DNA of 64,000 nt, from NCBI GenBank assembly GCA_965228855.1, contig CBDDIJ010000002.1:2464001-2528000 (forward strand), read 5' to 3'. This DNA comes from Candidatus Obscuribacterales bacterium. Its GTDB lineage: Bacteria; Cyanobacteriota; Vampirovibrionia; Obscuribacterales; Obscuribacteraceae. Of the stretch, positions 29,339 to 39,259 are shown in pieces (positions within the stretch are counted from its first letter, which is position 1; each line of letters opens with the position of its first letter). The notes under the pieces were generated by a model that was not told the origin of the DNA, did not search any database, and saw only the letters and a program-made list of their open reading frames with translations. Made by a program: the position numbers and the translations under genes.

Positions 29339-31915
29339 TTAGGAAACGGTTGCATTCTCTTGTGCGGTTATCACAACCGCACATTTGTTATTAATGCGAT
29401 TCAGATACTTTCTGAAGACTCCTTGTTTAATAGCTTTGGCCAGATAGGCTCTGGGCAGCCCAAGAATGAGCAGGTCCTCTGTGGTTACGCTATCAAATTG
29501 TCTGAGAAGCGCCGCTGGCGAGTTCGCTTTCATCTTCTGTGTTTCTACTGAATATTGATGTTTCTTTTCTAGGAGGGAGTGAGCCTCCATCATATTTGCT
29601 TCAACAGACTCTGCTATTTCGGAGCGTTTGCCATTCGTACCGTCGACTCGACATAGAGTGATTTTCGTGTCGGTAGGGCAGTAGTTGAGGCAGATGTCCA
29701 GCGGAAGATTTGTGTCGAGAACTTCAGCAACGGGCAGAATGCAGTGCTTGCGTTTCGACTCGTGGAACAGCTTACCCAGGAGAATCACAGAGCATGTGCT
29801 TCTAGATAGGATAGATTGAATGAGCAAATCGCTCCTGCGCGACCGCTTGCTGCTGAAATATCGCATCAAGAATATGCTTATATTTCGGTCCGAGATTGTC
29901 TCGGCGATTGCTTCGGAAACGTCGTGCGCCACACGAATACTGGTGTGAATCGGTACGTCGAGCTCATTTCCAATTTTTTCACAGTGCTCGATCAGTTCCC
30001 GACCCTGGTCGATGGAGATGTCTGTAGTAGATGGTGACTGCTGCAGTGGAACCGTAATCACGTGCAGGCATTCGAGCTCGTAGTTTCGGGACTTTGCAAA
30101 TGATGCGGCAGTACGGACCAGGGAGTCTGCGCCGTTAGGATCGCCGACAGCAACCAGCATCCGGCCGTTTCCTGTTTCCGGAGAGCGGGTCTGGTAGACC
30201 GGATATGACCTGCTACCGGATGTGGTGCGCATTCCAAACGCTTGCGACTCTGCACTCAGAACATCTTTTCTTGTGATGATACCAATCAACTTGTCCGCTT
30301 CCACGACTGGCAAGCGGCTGACTTTGTAGCGGTCCATCAAAAACAACACGCCCGACAGCGGCTCATCCGGACTGACGGTAATCGGCTTTGGTGTCATAAA
30401 CTGTTCGACAGGCGTTACCGGTTTCAAGTCCGCAGCCTTTGCTTTTTTGAGATCCGGTTGGGCAATAATTCCGATTACTTTGTGATTTTCGTCAACCACC
30501 GGATAACCATTGTGAGTGTGCTCTTCGAATGTTGCGATAGCGAATTCCAGATTGGCGCTCTTAGGAATTGTTAGAACCTGCTTGGTCATGAAACTTCTAG
30601 CCTTGAGCTTGTTCATGACACCACTTTCGGTTTCTTCTTTCAGGTCGTAACCGCTCCAAACCATGAGCCGATCATAAATGGAGCCGGGGTCAAGTTTTTC
30701 CGCCACCAGATACGCTACCACGCAGCTTACCATCAAAGGTAATACCACATTGAAGTCCTGGGTCATTTCGAACACAATGACTACCGCAGTCATGGGAACT
30801 CGTGCCACTGCGCAGAAAAAGGCTCCCATACCGACTACGGACATTGTTGAGACATCGCCGTAGTTGGTAAGATACATTTCGAAAACCGCGACAAGGTGCC
30901 CGAGACATGCTCCAATAGTCAAACTTGGGGCAAAGAGTCCCCCAGGCGAACCCAGTCCGTACGCCAGTAACGTCAGGAACACCTGCACCAATAATGCGAT
31001 AACAATGACATGATTGGTCGTGCCATCCTGAATAAGCATGATGCGGAGACCGGCATAATTCCAATACAACTCAGGAAGGTGCATGATCACAAGTCCAGTT
31101 ACGAGACCTGCTATTGCGCAGGAGGCGATCACTGGAATTTTCAACCGCTCACGGTTGAGTGTCATTGCCGTCAACAGAGTTTTATTGAAAAAGGACGCGC
31201 TAACGCCGCTCACGAAGCCGAGTAAAATTAAAAACGGAATGTCGATGAAACGAAAAGTTGCTTGCGAAAATAGTTCCGAGATATTGATATCCAAGCTGTG
31301 AACACCCACGAGCCTCGAGGTCACAGCTGCGACAAAACATGCGACGACGGTTGTTCCAACCGCCATTCCGGACATCTTTTTGATGAGTTCCTCGAGAACG
31401 AAGAGAACGCCTGCCAACGGTGCATTGAAAGCAGCAGCGAGACCGGCTCCAGCTCCCGCGGCGATTAACTGGATTCTATGAGTCGGTGATGTTTTCAGCC
31501 AGCCACTGAACTTGGAAGCCAAAGCAGCTGAGATTTGAACAGTCGGACCTTCGCGTCCAAGCGCAAGACCGGAGCCCAACGATGTTACGCACCCTGCCAG
31601 TTTAACAAGCGCGGTGGTGAGATCTAGTCTGACAGGATGTCCGGAAAGAGCCGCCTTTGTCTGAGGGATGCCACTACCCGCGGCGCCAGGAGCTAGAAAT
31701 TGAATGAGTGCACCAGCGAATGCGCCGCCCGCAAGCCCGATTATCGGTAGATACCAGTTCCATTCGCTCGCTAGATGAACGCGTAGTGCACCGACGAAAC
31801 CGACTCCCCACTTCAATGCAACTGCGCCTAAAGCCGCAGCCAGACCGATGATACATGCTTCGGTGACTGCAATATTAGTTGGCGACTTGTGGGGGGAATG
31901 AGCGTTGGCGCTCAA
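29339..31915 (-). CDS. ClC chloride/proton antiporter with CBS pair and universal stress protein domain(s)
   Basis: GSGIP, GREGP (gating Glu), AAAFNAP..FVLEEL, GLFAP; CBS repeats; USP-like C-terminus; GAGGAGG before TTG. Confidence 0.92.
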   Translation of the reverse strand: MSANAHSPHKSPTNIAVTEACIIGLAAALGAVALKWGVGFVGALRVHLASEWNWYLPIIGLAGGAFAGALIQFLAPGAAGSGIPQTKAALSGHPVRLDLTTALVKLAGCVTSLGSGLALGREGPTVQISAALASKFSGWLKTSPTHRIQLIAAGAGAGLAAAFNAPLAGVLFVLEELIKKMSGMAVGTTVVACFVAAVTSRLVGVHSLDINISELFSQATFRFIDIPFLILLGFVSGVSASFFNKTLLTAMTLNRERLKIPVIASCAIAGLVTGLVIMHLPELYWNYAGLRIMLIQDGTTNHVIVIALLVQVFLTLLAYGLGSPGGLFAPSLTIGACLGHLVAVFEMYLTNYGDVSTMSVVGMGAFFCAVARVPMTAVVIVFEMTQDFNVVLPLMVSCVVAYLVAEKLDPGSIYDRLMVWSGYDLKEETESGVMNKLKARSFMTKQVLTIPKSANLEFAIATFEEHTHNGYPVVDENHKVIGIIAQPDLKKAKAADLKPVTPVEQFMTPKPITVSPDEPLSGVLFLMDRYKVSRLPVVEADKLIGIITRKDVLSAESQAFGMRTTSGSRSYPVYQTRSPETGNGRMLVAVGDPNGADSLVRTAASFAKSRNYELECLHVITVPLQQSPSTTDISIDQGRELIEHCEKIGNELDVPIHTSIRVAHDVSEAIAETISDRNISIFLMRYFSSKRSRRSDLLIQSILSRSTCSVILLGKLFHESKRKHCILPVAEVLDTNLPLDICLNYCPTDTKITLCRVDGTNGKRSEIAESVEANMMEAHSLLEKKHQYSVETQKMKANSPAALLRQFDSVTTEDLLILGLPRAYLAKAIKQGVFRKYLNRINNKCAVVITAQENATVS

Positions 31916-32096
31916 AATTCGCCTCCTCGGCGGAGATGAAGCAAGCTCACAAACAGCGCTTCAAAACGGACTCTGCGCCAGACATTATAACGCTATAAAC
32001 GAACCGGTATCTTTCGCTTATGTTTCTTCAGTTGTTGAGGACTGCCGTCCAAGCCCATCCATGCTATGTGTTCTCTGACAAAAAGAGGATGACAAT

Positions 32097-32342
32097 ATGA
32101 ATTTTGAAAATGATGATGACCCGATAATCCCAGGAACCGAGAGCGATAAAGACAGCAGGGGGGCGGATAATGCCGGTCAACTTAGAGACAGCGAAGAACG
32201 CCCGGGGAAGACGTTCAAAGAAGTGCAGGAAAGTACGAGTGCTCCCGCGCCGGAAAGCGATCTGAAGAACAGTGCTTCTTCAGGTAAGAGTAAGCAAGAA
32301 GGAAATTCGAAACGAGATAGGAAGTCAATTTCAGACGATTAA
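32097..32342 (+). CDS. Small hydrophilic/disordered hypothetical protein
   Basis: GAGG RBS, ATG, 81 aa rich in D/E/S/K, fills an intergenic gap. Confidence 0.5.
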   Translation: MNFENDDDPIIPGTESDKDSRGADNAGQLRDSEERPGKTFKEVQESTSAPAPESDLKNSASSGKSKQEGNSKRDRKSISDD

Positions 32343-32455
32343 GTCAGAAGGCGTCAGGTTCGATTTTCCAGTCAGCATTTTGGTCCCAAAGTGTAAATGC
32401 TGAAAACGGATGATGGTGTTTTACTTATTTCAGTGATAACCTTTGGAGTTCTGAA

Positions 32456-34744
32456 TCAGAGCAGTTTGTCCAGCGTGATTGGCAGCTCGCGTATGCGCTT
32501 GCCGGTTGCGTTGTAAACAGCGTTGGCGATTGCTGCTGCTGCCCCTGTTATACCAATCTCGCCGATGCCTCTTGCGCCCAGAGGGGCATGCTCGTCGGGG
32601 ATATTTAAGTATTTGATCTCGATGTGAGGAATATCGAGGTGAACCGGCATGTGGTATTCCGCTAGCGATGGATTTGCAACGCGACCGTAGCGGTCGTCGT
32701 AAATAGTCTCCTCCATAAGCGCCATGCCGATGCCCATTATGATTCCGCCGCGGAACTGGCTCTCAGCGGTCTTTGGATTGATGATGCGTCCGGCGTCGAA
32801 GCACGCTAGCCAGCGCGCAATTCGGAGTTCACCGGTTTCGGAATGTACCCTGACTTCGCAAAATTGCGCGCCGTACGAATGCATTGAGTGTTTCAACATC
32901 TCAAATGGCTGTCCCGACGAGCCTTCAGCTTCGAGCTCGTCGACGCCTGCCAGTTTCAAAATTTCTACGAATGAACAGCCGACATCGGTTTCTTTTCCAT
33001 ATATGCCACCAGATTTGATATCAATGTCTTTTGCGTGCAAGCCTTTGAAAGGAGAAGATGCTGATTTATTCGCTGCTTTGATGCAGACCTCGACCAGTGC
33101 ATTCACCGCTGCTTCTATAGATGCACCTAAGCTTGCGGTTTGGTTAGATCCTCCTGCCATCGGAGATTCCGGCAGCGAGGTGTTGCCGTACTGCATCGAG
33201 ACCTGTTCGATCGGAAGCGTCATTCTGTCTGCAAAATGTTGGAGCTGAACCGTCGCAGTTCCCATTCCCATCTCATGAGCGGCAGCCTGGATACATGCCG
33301 TTCCATTACTGAAAATCTTTGCTTTGGCTTTTCCTGGCAATCTGTAATAAGGGTAATACGCGGTTGCCACGCCCTGTCCGACGCGCCATTTGCCATCGCG
33401 TTGCGAACCTGGCTTTTGCGGATTCCAGCCGAAGGTCTCTGCGCCTACTTTGTATGCCTGCACGATGTTGCGGCAGGAAAATGGAATGTGGCGAAGGGGG
33501 TCCGATTTCGGTTCGTTTATCTCGCGCAGCTTAATTGGATCTATATTCATCTCATGCGCAAGTTCGTCTATTGCGGATTCAAGCGCGAATGTTCCGATGG
33601 ATTCTCCTGGTGCACGCATGAATGTGTTAGCCAAGGTGTCTGTGTGGACAACCTTTTGACCGATGTCGAAAGTTTTTGAATGGTACAAATACCTGGCGGG
33701 GAAGCTGAACTGTTCCGCGAAATTATTGTACTCTGTTGTCTGGGTCGTGCCTTGGTGGATTAAAGCTTCTAGCTGTCCATCTTTGTTCGCGCCCAGTGCG
33801 ACGCGTTGAACGGACGGTGTCCGACCTCCTACGATTCGATAGACTCCCTCGCGACTCAAGTTTAGCTTCACTGGTCTTTTCGCTGCTCTGGCTGCTGCAA
33901 CGCATAAAATACTGTGTTGCCACATGGAGCCTTTGCCACCGAAACCGCCACCAACAAATGGTGATAAGACTTCAACGTTTTCCGGCTTAATTCGAAACAT
34001 CTTGGCGAACGTGTTTTTAAACGCGTATAGCATTTGGGACGCGTCGAAAACTACGAGCTTTTCGTCGCTCTCCCAATGTGCGATTGTGGCATGAGGCTCG
34101 ATGGCGTTGTGGTTGTAACGCGGTGTACGATATACATGATCGACTTTGTGCGCGGACTTCTCGTAAGCTTCTTCGGCATTGCCGACCTTGACCTCAGGAT
34201 CTTCGCCTAAAACATCTTTCGGTGTTTTCGCGTTCGGCAGTTCGCTCTCAAAGCTTACTACTGCTTTCTCCTCTTCGTATTCGACTTTGATAAGGGAGGC
34301 GGCTTCGTCCGCCTGGTCTTGAGTCTCTGCGACGACTACCGCGATGGGCTGACCGTTCCAGTATATTTTCTCGTCCTGAAGGACGGGAATGTCTGCCGCC
34401 ATGGCACCGCCGCTGCCACCAGAAGGGTCCATCAATGCTGGTTTGCCAATCCGGGGGGCGTTTTTATAGGTAATGATCGTGATGACACCAGTGCAGCTTT
34501 CCGCGCCTGCGGTATCAAATGTGGTGATTTTGCCTTTAGCAATCGTACTGTAGACCAATGCCGCATAGGCGATGTTTTCGAATTTATACTCTGCTGTAAA
34601 CTGTGCTTGACCAGTAACTTTCAGTACACCGTCTACCCGTTTCATGGCTTTGCCGATGTATTTGCCTTCGCCGATCAGCGGATCTGGCTCTTTCTCGGGA
34701 GTAAACTGCAGTACGCGCTCCATCACTTTCTTCAACAATGTCAT
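32456..34744 (-). CDS. Xanthine dehydrogenase-family molybdopterin subunit (YagR/PaoC-like)
   Basis: KVTG, GGGFGGK, MRAPG, HEMGMGT, ARGIGEIG. Confidence 0.95.
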   Translation of the reverse strand: MTLLKKVMERVLQFTPEKEPDPLIGEGKYIGKAMKRVDGVLKVTGQAQFTAEYKFENIAYAALVYSTIAKGKITTFDTAGAESCTGVITIITYKNAPRIGKPALMDPSGGSGGAMAADIPVLQDEKIYWNGQPIAVVVAETQDQADEAASLIKVEYEEEKAVVSFESELPNAKTPKDVLGEDPEVKVGNAEEAYEKSAHKVDHVYRTPRYNHNAIEPHATIAHWESDEKLVVFDASQMLYAFKNTFAKMFRIKPENVEVLSPFVGGGFGGKGSMWQHSILCVAAARAAKRPVKLNLSREGVYRIVGGRTPSVQRVALGANKDGQLEALIHQGTTQTTEYNNFAEQFSFPARYLYHSKTFDIGQKVVHTDTLANTFMRAPGESIGTFALESAIDELAHEMNIDPIKLREINEPKSDPLRHIPFSCRNIVQAYKVGAETFGWNPQKPGSQRDGKWRVGQGVATAYYPYYRLPGKAKAKIFSNGTACIQAAAHEMGMGTATVQLQHFADRMTLPIEQVSMQYGNTSLPESPMAGGSNQTASLGASIEAAVNALVEVCIKAANKSASSPFKGLHAKDIDIKSGGIYGKETDVGCSFVEILKLAGVDELEAEGSSGQPFEMLKHSMHSYGAQFCEVRVHSETGELRIARWLACFDAGRIINPKTAESQFRGGIIMGIGMALMEETIYDDRYGRVANPSLAEYHMPVHLDIPHIEIKYLNIPDEHAPLGARGIGEIGITGAAAAIANAVYNATGKRIRELPITLDKLL

Positions 34745-35730
34745 TTCGAATTCTCCGCAGTTTTGAGTTCGCTCAGGACGCTAAAAATTGTTCTTTTGGC
34801 CAATTCGATTTTAAATTCATTGTGTTTGAAACCGACCGCCGCTTCCATTTCTCGGTCGATGGCTTCCTTGAATCGGCCCTCGGTGGCGGGTGTTCCGCGC
34901 AGGTATGACTCCAGGATGTCAGCTCGCCATGGTTTGTGCGCCACGCCACCAAGCGCGATGGCGATCTCCTCTACTATTTCATCCTTGATGCTCAATATAC
35001 AGGCTACGCTCACGAGCGCGAACGCGTAGCTTGAGCGATCGCGAATTTTTCGATATGTGGAACTGCCTCGCGCGGCGTGTGCGATGTCGATGGATGCAAT
35101 TATTTCACCAGGCATAAGGTCCGTTTCCAAATGCGGCGTATCGCCAGGAAGGCGGTGGAAATCGGCGAAATCTACAGTGCGTTTTCCATGATTGCTTTCC
35201 AAATTGATTTTTGTGTCAAGAATCCGCAGTGCTATGCACATATCTGAAGGATGTGTCGCTATGCAGGAGGTCGATGTTCCGAAAATCGCATGTCCACGAT
35301 TGATACCATTTATGGCATCACAGCCGGAACCGGGTACTCGTTTGTTGCACGCGGCCGCATCGTCATAGAAGTACATGCAGCGCGTGCGCTGCATGATGTT
35401 TCCCGCGACAGTCGCGACGTTGCGAATTTGACCGGACGCACCATAAACGATGGCGTGCGACAATACCGGAAAGTTTTCCCGCACTTTCTGGTGATTTGCC
35501 AGTTCCGTATTCTTTACCGCTGCATCAATGCGCAGGGTTCCATCATCAAGTTGCTGGATTTGTCTTGACAAGCGCGACACATCAACAATTTCATCAGGCT
35601 GCTCGATGTTTTCGCGCATCAGATCAATCAAGTTTGTGCCACCGCCGATGATTCTGCAATTGGACCGTTCCATCAATGCCGTTTTTGCGCTATCCAGCGA
35701 ATCGGCTACGCTAAATTGAAAGTTTTTCAT
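34741..35730 (-). CDS. FAD-binding subunit (YagS/PaoB-like)
   Basis: GGGTNL, QIRNVATVAGN, QRTRC..CNKR..GC..C (4Fe-4S insert), KIRDRSSYAFA; 4-nt overlaps with both neighbours. Confidence 0.95.
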   Translation of the reverse strand: MKNFQFSVADSLDSAKTALMERSNCRIIGGGTNLIDLMRENIEQPDEIVDVSRLSRQIQQLDDGTLRIDAAVKNTELANHQKVRENFPVLSHAIVYGASGQIRNVATVAGNIMQRTRCMYFYDDAAACNKRVPGSGCDAINGINRGHAIFGTSTSCIATHPSDMCIALRILDTKINLESNHGKRTVDFADFHRLPGDTPHLETDLMPGEIIASIDIAHAARGSSTYRKIRDRSSYAFALVSVACILSIKDEIVEEIAIALGGVAHKPWRADILESYLRGTPATEGRFKEAIDREMEAAVGFKHNEFKIELAKRTIFSVLSELKTAENSK

Positions 35731-36308
35731 CGGGCACCTTCCCTGGTGGCGGGTTTGTTATCCACAAAATCTTTCCCGGCATATTCTTCAATGGCTGCGA
35801 CAATTCCGTTGTATGCGCCGCACCTGCAAAGGTTTCCGCTCATACGTTCGCGTATTTCTTCATTCGTGAGTTTGGGCTGGTTGCAAACAGTTTCGCACAC
35901 TGCGCTTGGTACGCCGTTCTTGTATTCCGCCAGCATACCGATTGCCGAGCAGAGCTGACCTGGGGTGCAGTAACCGCATTGAAAGCCGTCGTGTTTTACA
36001 AATGCAGATTGCAGAGGATGCAACTCCTCCGATGTTGAGCTATCTGTGCCGCTGTGAGCCAGCCCTTCGACAGTTTGTATCGAAACACCTTGATACTGTG
36101 CGGCCAACGTCAAGCAGGAATTTATGCGGTTTCCATCTACGAGAACCGTGCAGGCGCCGCATGCTCCTTGATTGCATCCTTTCTTTGTACCGGTCAGACC
36201 GATGAATTCTCGCAACGCGTCTAGCAGTGAAACGCGCGGTTCGATTTGCAATAGATAGTCGCTCCCGTTGACATTCAACGTGATTGACATCGTCGATGTT
36301 TGTGCCAT
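35727..36308 (-). CDS. [2Fe-2S] subunit (YagT/PaoA-like)
   Basis: GCNQGACGACT..NSC, FQCGYCTPG, GNLCRC. Confidence 0.95.
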   Translation of the reverse strand: MAQTSTMSITLNVNGSDYLLQIEPRVSLLDALREFIGLTGTKKGCNQGACGACTVLVDGNRINSCLTLAAQYQGVSIQTVEGLAHSGTDSSTSEELHPLQSAFVKHDGFQCGYCTPGQLCSAIGMLAEYKNGVPSAVCETVCNQPKLTNEEIRERMSGNLCRCGAYNGIVAAIEEYAGKDFVDNKPATREGAR

Positions 36309-36511
36309 GGTGCAGTCCTTGGTAGAACGCCGCTCGCCACGACGCCCTTGGAAATTGTTGATTGGGTTTCTGCCAAGATCATAGAGAGGTCCGGTGTTTT
36401 TTGCATTAATCGCGATGTGACGAGTTTTAATGGCATCGCTTCGCTCGGTTACTAATGTGCTAGGGTGTTCTGAATGGTCTGTTTAGTCGTCTAGTCTTGG
36501 TGTGAGGTTAT

Positions 36512-36928
36512 ATGGATACGAATGGTCACCGACCGTATGATGGTGACTCGCCGAAGGGCGAGCAAGTTGATGGCAATGCGAGACGGTCGAGCCGTAACCA
36601 GTTGCGGTCGTCGCACAAGTTCGACGCGATTAACAGCGTATTGAATTTTGATGTCGATGAGTTTGTAGATTTCTGGTTTCGCACGAGCACAGGCAAGATC
36701 GTGATTGGGCAAAAACCGAACACGCCGATGGTTGTGTACTCGACTGCAAAGACTGTCGCGAGTATCGCACCCAAAGGGCGATTGCGCGATGGTGCGCGGT
36801 TGGTAGCGGATGCATCGCTGACCTACTGGGCCGTGTTGGAACTCACCGATGGAGTCAATCGATTTCGCAAGTTGATAGGATTTGCGACGCTGTTTGGTAT
36901 GCTCAGCTCTAAGGTAATTAAGCGTTAG
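36512..36928 (+). CDS. Hypothetical membrane-associated protein
   Basis: GAGG RBS; IVIGQKPN..P and WAVLELTDGVNRFRKLIG look like a conserved small-protein motif. Confidence 0.6.
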   Translation: MDTNGHRPYDGDSPKGEQVDGNARRSSRNQLRSSHKFDAINSVLNFDVDEFVDFWFRTSTGKIVIGQKPNTPMVVYSTAKTVASIAPKGRLRDGARLVADASLTYWAVLELTDGVNRFRKLIGFATLFGMLSSKVIKR

Positions 36929-38255
36929 AACGTGGACTGGCTGTTAGCTGCAACTGGCTCGGTTTTTCGAGATTATATGCCTCAACGATCTGCCGTGCCG
37001 CTGCGATTGCATTCTTTGCGGATTGATCGACGAGCATTGCGCCTTTGCCGATGTAGTCTCCAACGATGAAGACGCCCTTCATGTGGGGCACTTCAGGTGA
37101 AGGGATGGCGTAGCTACCATTTGTTTCTGCTAGTGGAATTCCAAAACTTGCGTTCATGTTTGGCAGAAAACGCTTGAAGACGAGCTCATTTTGCCAGCCT
37201 GGTTGTAGTTGATCCAGAAGCTGCAACAACCTGGTTTCGTGTTCGTGCGTTGCTTCTTCTTCTCCCAGGTAGTATGCGAGATGGATCATGGCGCCTCCAC
37301 TCGGTGCGAGCTTCGCCGCGGTCGAATGTACAGAGTAGTAGAGCGGCTCATCGATTCCGATCGCGAATTCATTTTCCGGCTCTGTAAGTTTCTTCAAGCA
37401 GACATCGAGACATGCCGCTCTGCTTGGTATTATTTTCGGTACCAGTTCAGATGGTATCGCACTCGGTGCTAGTTTTTGAATAACCCTTGGCGGCACGGCC
37501 AGTATTGCGTTATCGAACTGTTGTTTTATGCCATTTACAGTTACGAAAACACCATCACTCGTCGACTCTATCGATTCGACCTTACTTTCGAATCTAAATT
37601 CAACATCGCTTGCGAGCTTTGTTTGAATTGCTGAGACAATTCTTGCCCAGCCATCATCTAGATAGTACACGCCCTGGAGTCCAATTTTAATTTGTTCAAA
37701 AACGGCTCCGGCTGAGATCTGAGTAGGATTATTTCCATAAGTTGTCAGCCGCGCGAAGGATTTAATGACAGCGCGAACATGCTCGCTTTTAATTTTTGTC
37801 TCCAAATACTTTTCTAGAGAGAGCGACATTGCGCTGTTCCAATCGTTTTTCTCCAGGGAAAGCATGAACTGCCCGAACTCGAACTTTTCGGAAACGCTCA
37901 AGAGCTTCGTGCTTAAAATTGACGCGGGCGTAGTCGGAAGGTCGTATAGCTCTCCCTCGAATGTTGCCAGGCTTCGCTTCGGTTGTGGAATTGCGCCGTC
38001 TGGGGTCACGCCGATGGACTTCAGAAATTTGTTTGCCTCTCCACCGGCGTAGAGAGCGTGCGGTCCAAGATTGAGATGAAAACCGTCGCGCGAGACCGTT
38101 TGAGCGCGTCCACCGGCGTGATGATCCTTTTCGAAAATGGTGACTGTGGCACCAGATGTGGTGAGCTGGTGGGCGGCGATAAGTCCTCCGACACCGGCTC
38201 CGATGATGGCGATATTCGGTTTTTTGTCTGAATGGTTCAAAGTGAAATTGTTCAT
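36918..38255 (-). CDS. FAD-dependent oxidoreductase (phytoene desaturase/amine oxidase-like)
   Basis: IIGAGVGGL Rossmann motif, GGRA, NLGPHALY, VFIVGD; GAGG before ATG 38255. Confidence 0.88.
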   Translation of the reverse strand: MNNFTLNHSDKKPNIAIIGAGVGGLIAAHQLTTSGATVTIFEKDHHAGGRAQTVSRDGFHLNLGPHALYAGGEANKFLKSIGVTPDGAIPQPKRSLATFEGELYDLPTTPASILSTKLLSVSEKFEFGQFMLSLEKNDWNSAMSLSLEKYLETKIKSEHVRAVIKSFARLTTYGNNPTQISAGAVFEQIKIGLQGVYYLDDGWARIVSAIQTKLASDVEFRFESKVESIESTSDGVFVTVNGIKQQFDNAILAVPPRVIQKLAPSAIPSELVPKIIPSRAACLDVCLKKLTEPENEFAIGIDEPLYYSVHSTAAKLAPSGGAMIHLAYYLGEEEATHEHETRLLQLLDQLQPGWQNELVFKRFLPNMNASFGIPLAETNGSYAIPSPEVPHMKGVFIVGDYIGKGAMLVDQSAKNAIAAARQIVEAYNLEKPSQLQLTASPRSNA

Positions 38256-38300
38256 GAGATGCCTCGCGTTCTCTTTTTTGTCTGTGCAACTATTCAATCA

Positions 38301-38356
38301 TGGATAAAAAATATCCACAATAGCCATTTCCTTAAATTTTGGATAAAATATATCCA
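38301..38356. promoter_or_regulatory. Tandem palindromic operators for the Rrf2/RsrR-like regulator
   Basis: TGGATAAAAAATATCCA (38301-17) and TGGATAAAATATATCCA (38340-56), both TGGATA-N5-TATCCA, between the divergent genes. Confidence 0.8.
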
Positions 38357-38358
38357 CG

Positions 38359-38850
38359 ATGAAAATGGGACAGGGAGTCGAATGGGCTATTCACTGCTGC
38401 GCGCTGCTGGCGTCGCTGCCGCCCGATTGCGCCTTGCGTTTGGAGAAAATAGCGGAGTTTTATGACCTGCCCGTTCCTTATTTAAGGAAGCACTTCCAGG
38501 CGTTATCGCGTGCGGGTTTGGTGAGCACCACTTCCGGACCTCGGGGCGGCTACCGGTTGGCGCGTGCGGCATCTGAGATTTCGTTGTTGCAGATCTATCA
38601 GGCGCTCGAGGGCAAGGAGCCGGCGTTTCGCTGCAATGAGATTCGTAAACAGGGACCGACAGCCTGTGCGCAGAAATTGTATCCGGGTGCGTGCAACATC
38701 GCGACATCTATGTGGAGGGCAGAGGCGGCATGGAAATCGGAATTGGAAAAGGTTTCGCTAGCAGATGTTTTGGGCGAGGCGGCGACCCAGATTCCGCAGG
38801 CGCGAGTCGATGCGACGTTGAAGTGGTTCGAGGATGTGCTCGGCGGCTAG
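38359..38850 (+). CDS. Rrf2-family regulator, RsrR-type [2Fe-2S] redox sensor
   Basis: GVEWAIHCC, GPRGGY, AFRCNEIR, GACNIA..AEAAW; Glu/His/Cys/Cys ligand pattern and Trp switch of Streptomyces RsrR. Confidence 0.88.
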   Translation: MKMGQGVEWAIHCCALLASLPPDCALRLEKIAEFYDLPVPYLRKHFQALSRAGLVSTTSGPRGGYRLARAASEISLLQIYQALEGKEPAFRCNEIRKQGPTACAQKLYPGACNIATSMWRAEAAWKSELEKVSLADVLGEAATQIPQARVDATLKWFEDVLGG

Positions 38851-39061
38851 GGGGACAGGCCTTTCATCTGGATTCTGCAACAGATTTGTTCCATTGTAGT
38901 TGCTTATGTGCTCGATTCTGTCGCACTATTGGCAATACCATAGCTGGAGAGGTGAGAAACGATGCAGCTCAGCACTAACGTTGAACCCGCATCGCCGAGA
39001 GTACGTTTGCTGTTGAGTCAAAACTTTATGAGGTCAGAATCGTTTGACTCTTTGAGCGCAA

Positions 39062-39259
39062 TCACGAGACGGCGTCCCACTGACCAACGTTTCCACTGGT
39101 ATTACATTTGTAGATCTTTCCGTCGTCCATTTTGAGAACAGCTCCCTTCGAGTATCCAAGGCCTTCGAAGTAGCAATAAATCAACTCTTGCAGGATGGTC
39201 TCATCGTTTCCTCGATCTAGTTTGTTCGTTTTTTGCTCAACCGGCAGTTTCTCTTTCAT
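39062..39259 (-). CDS. Small Cys-containing protein, DUF1496/YnjH-like (65 aa)
   Basis: AAGGAGG RBS before ATG 39259; CYFEGLGYSKGAVL...YKC...W motif. Confidence 0.65.
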   Translation of the reverse strand: MKEKLPVEQKTNKLDRGNDETILQELIYCYFEGLGYSKGAVLKMDDGKIYKCNTSGNVGQWDAVS

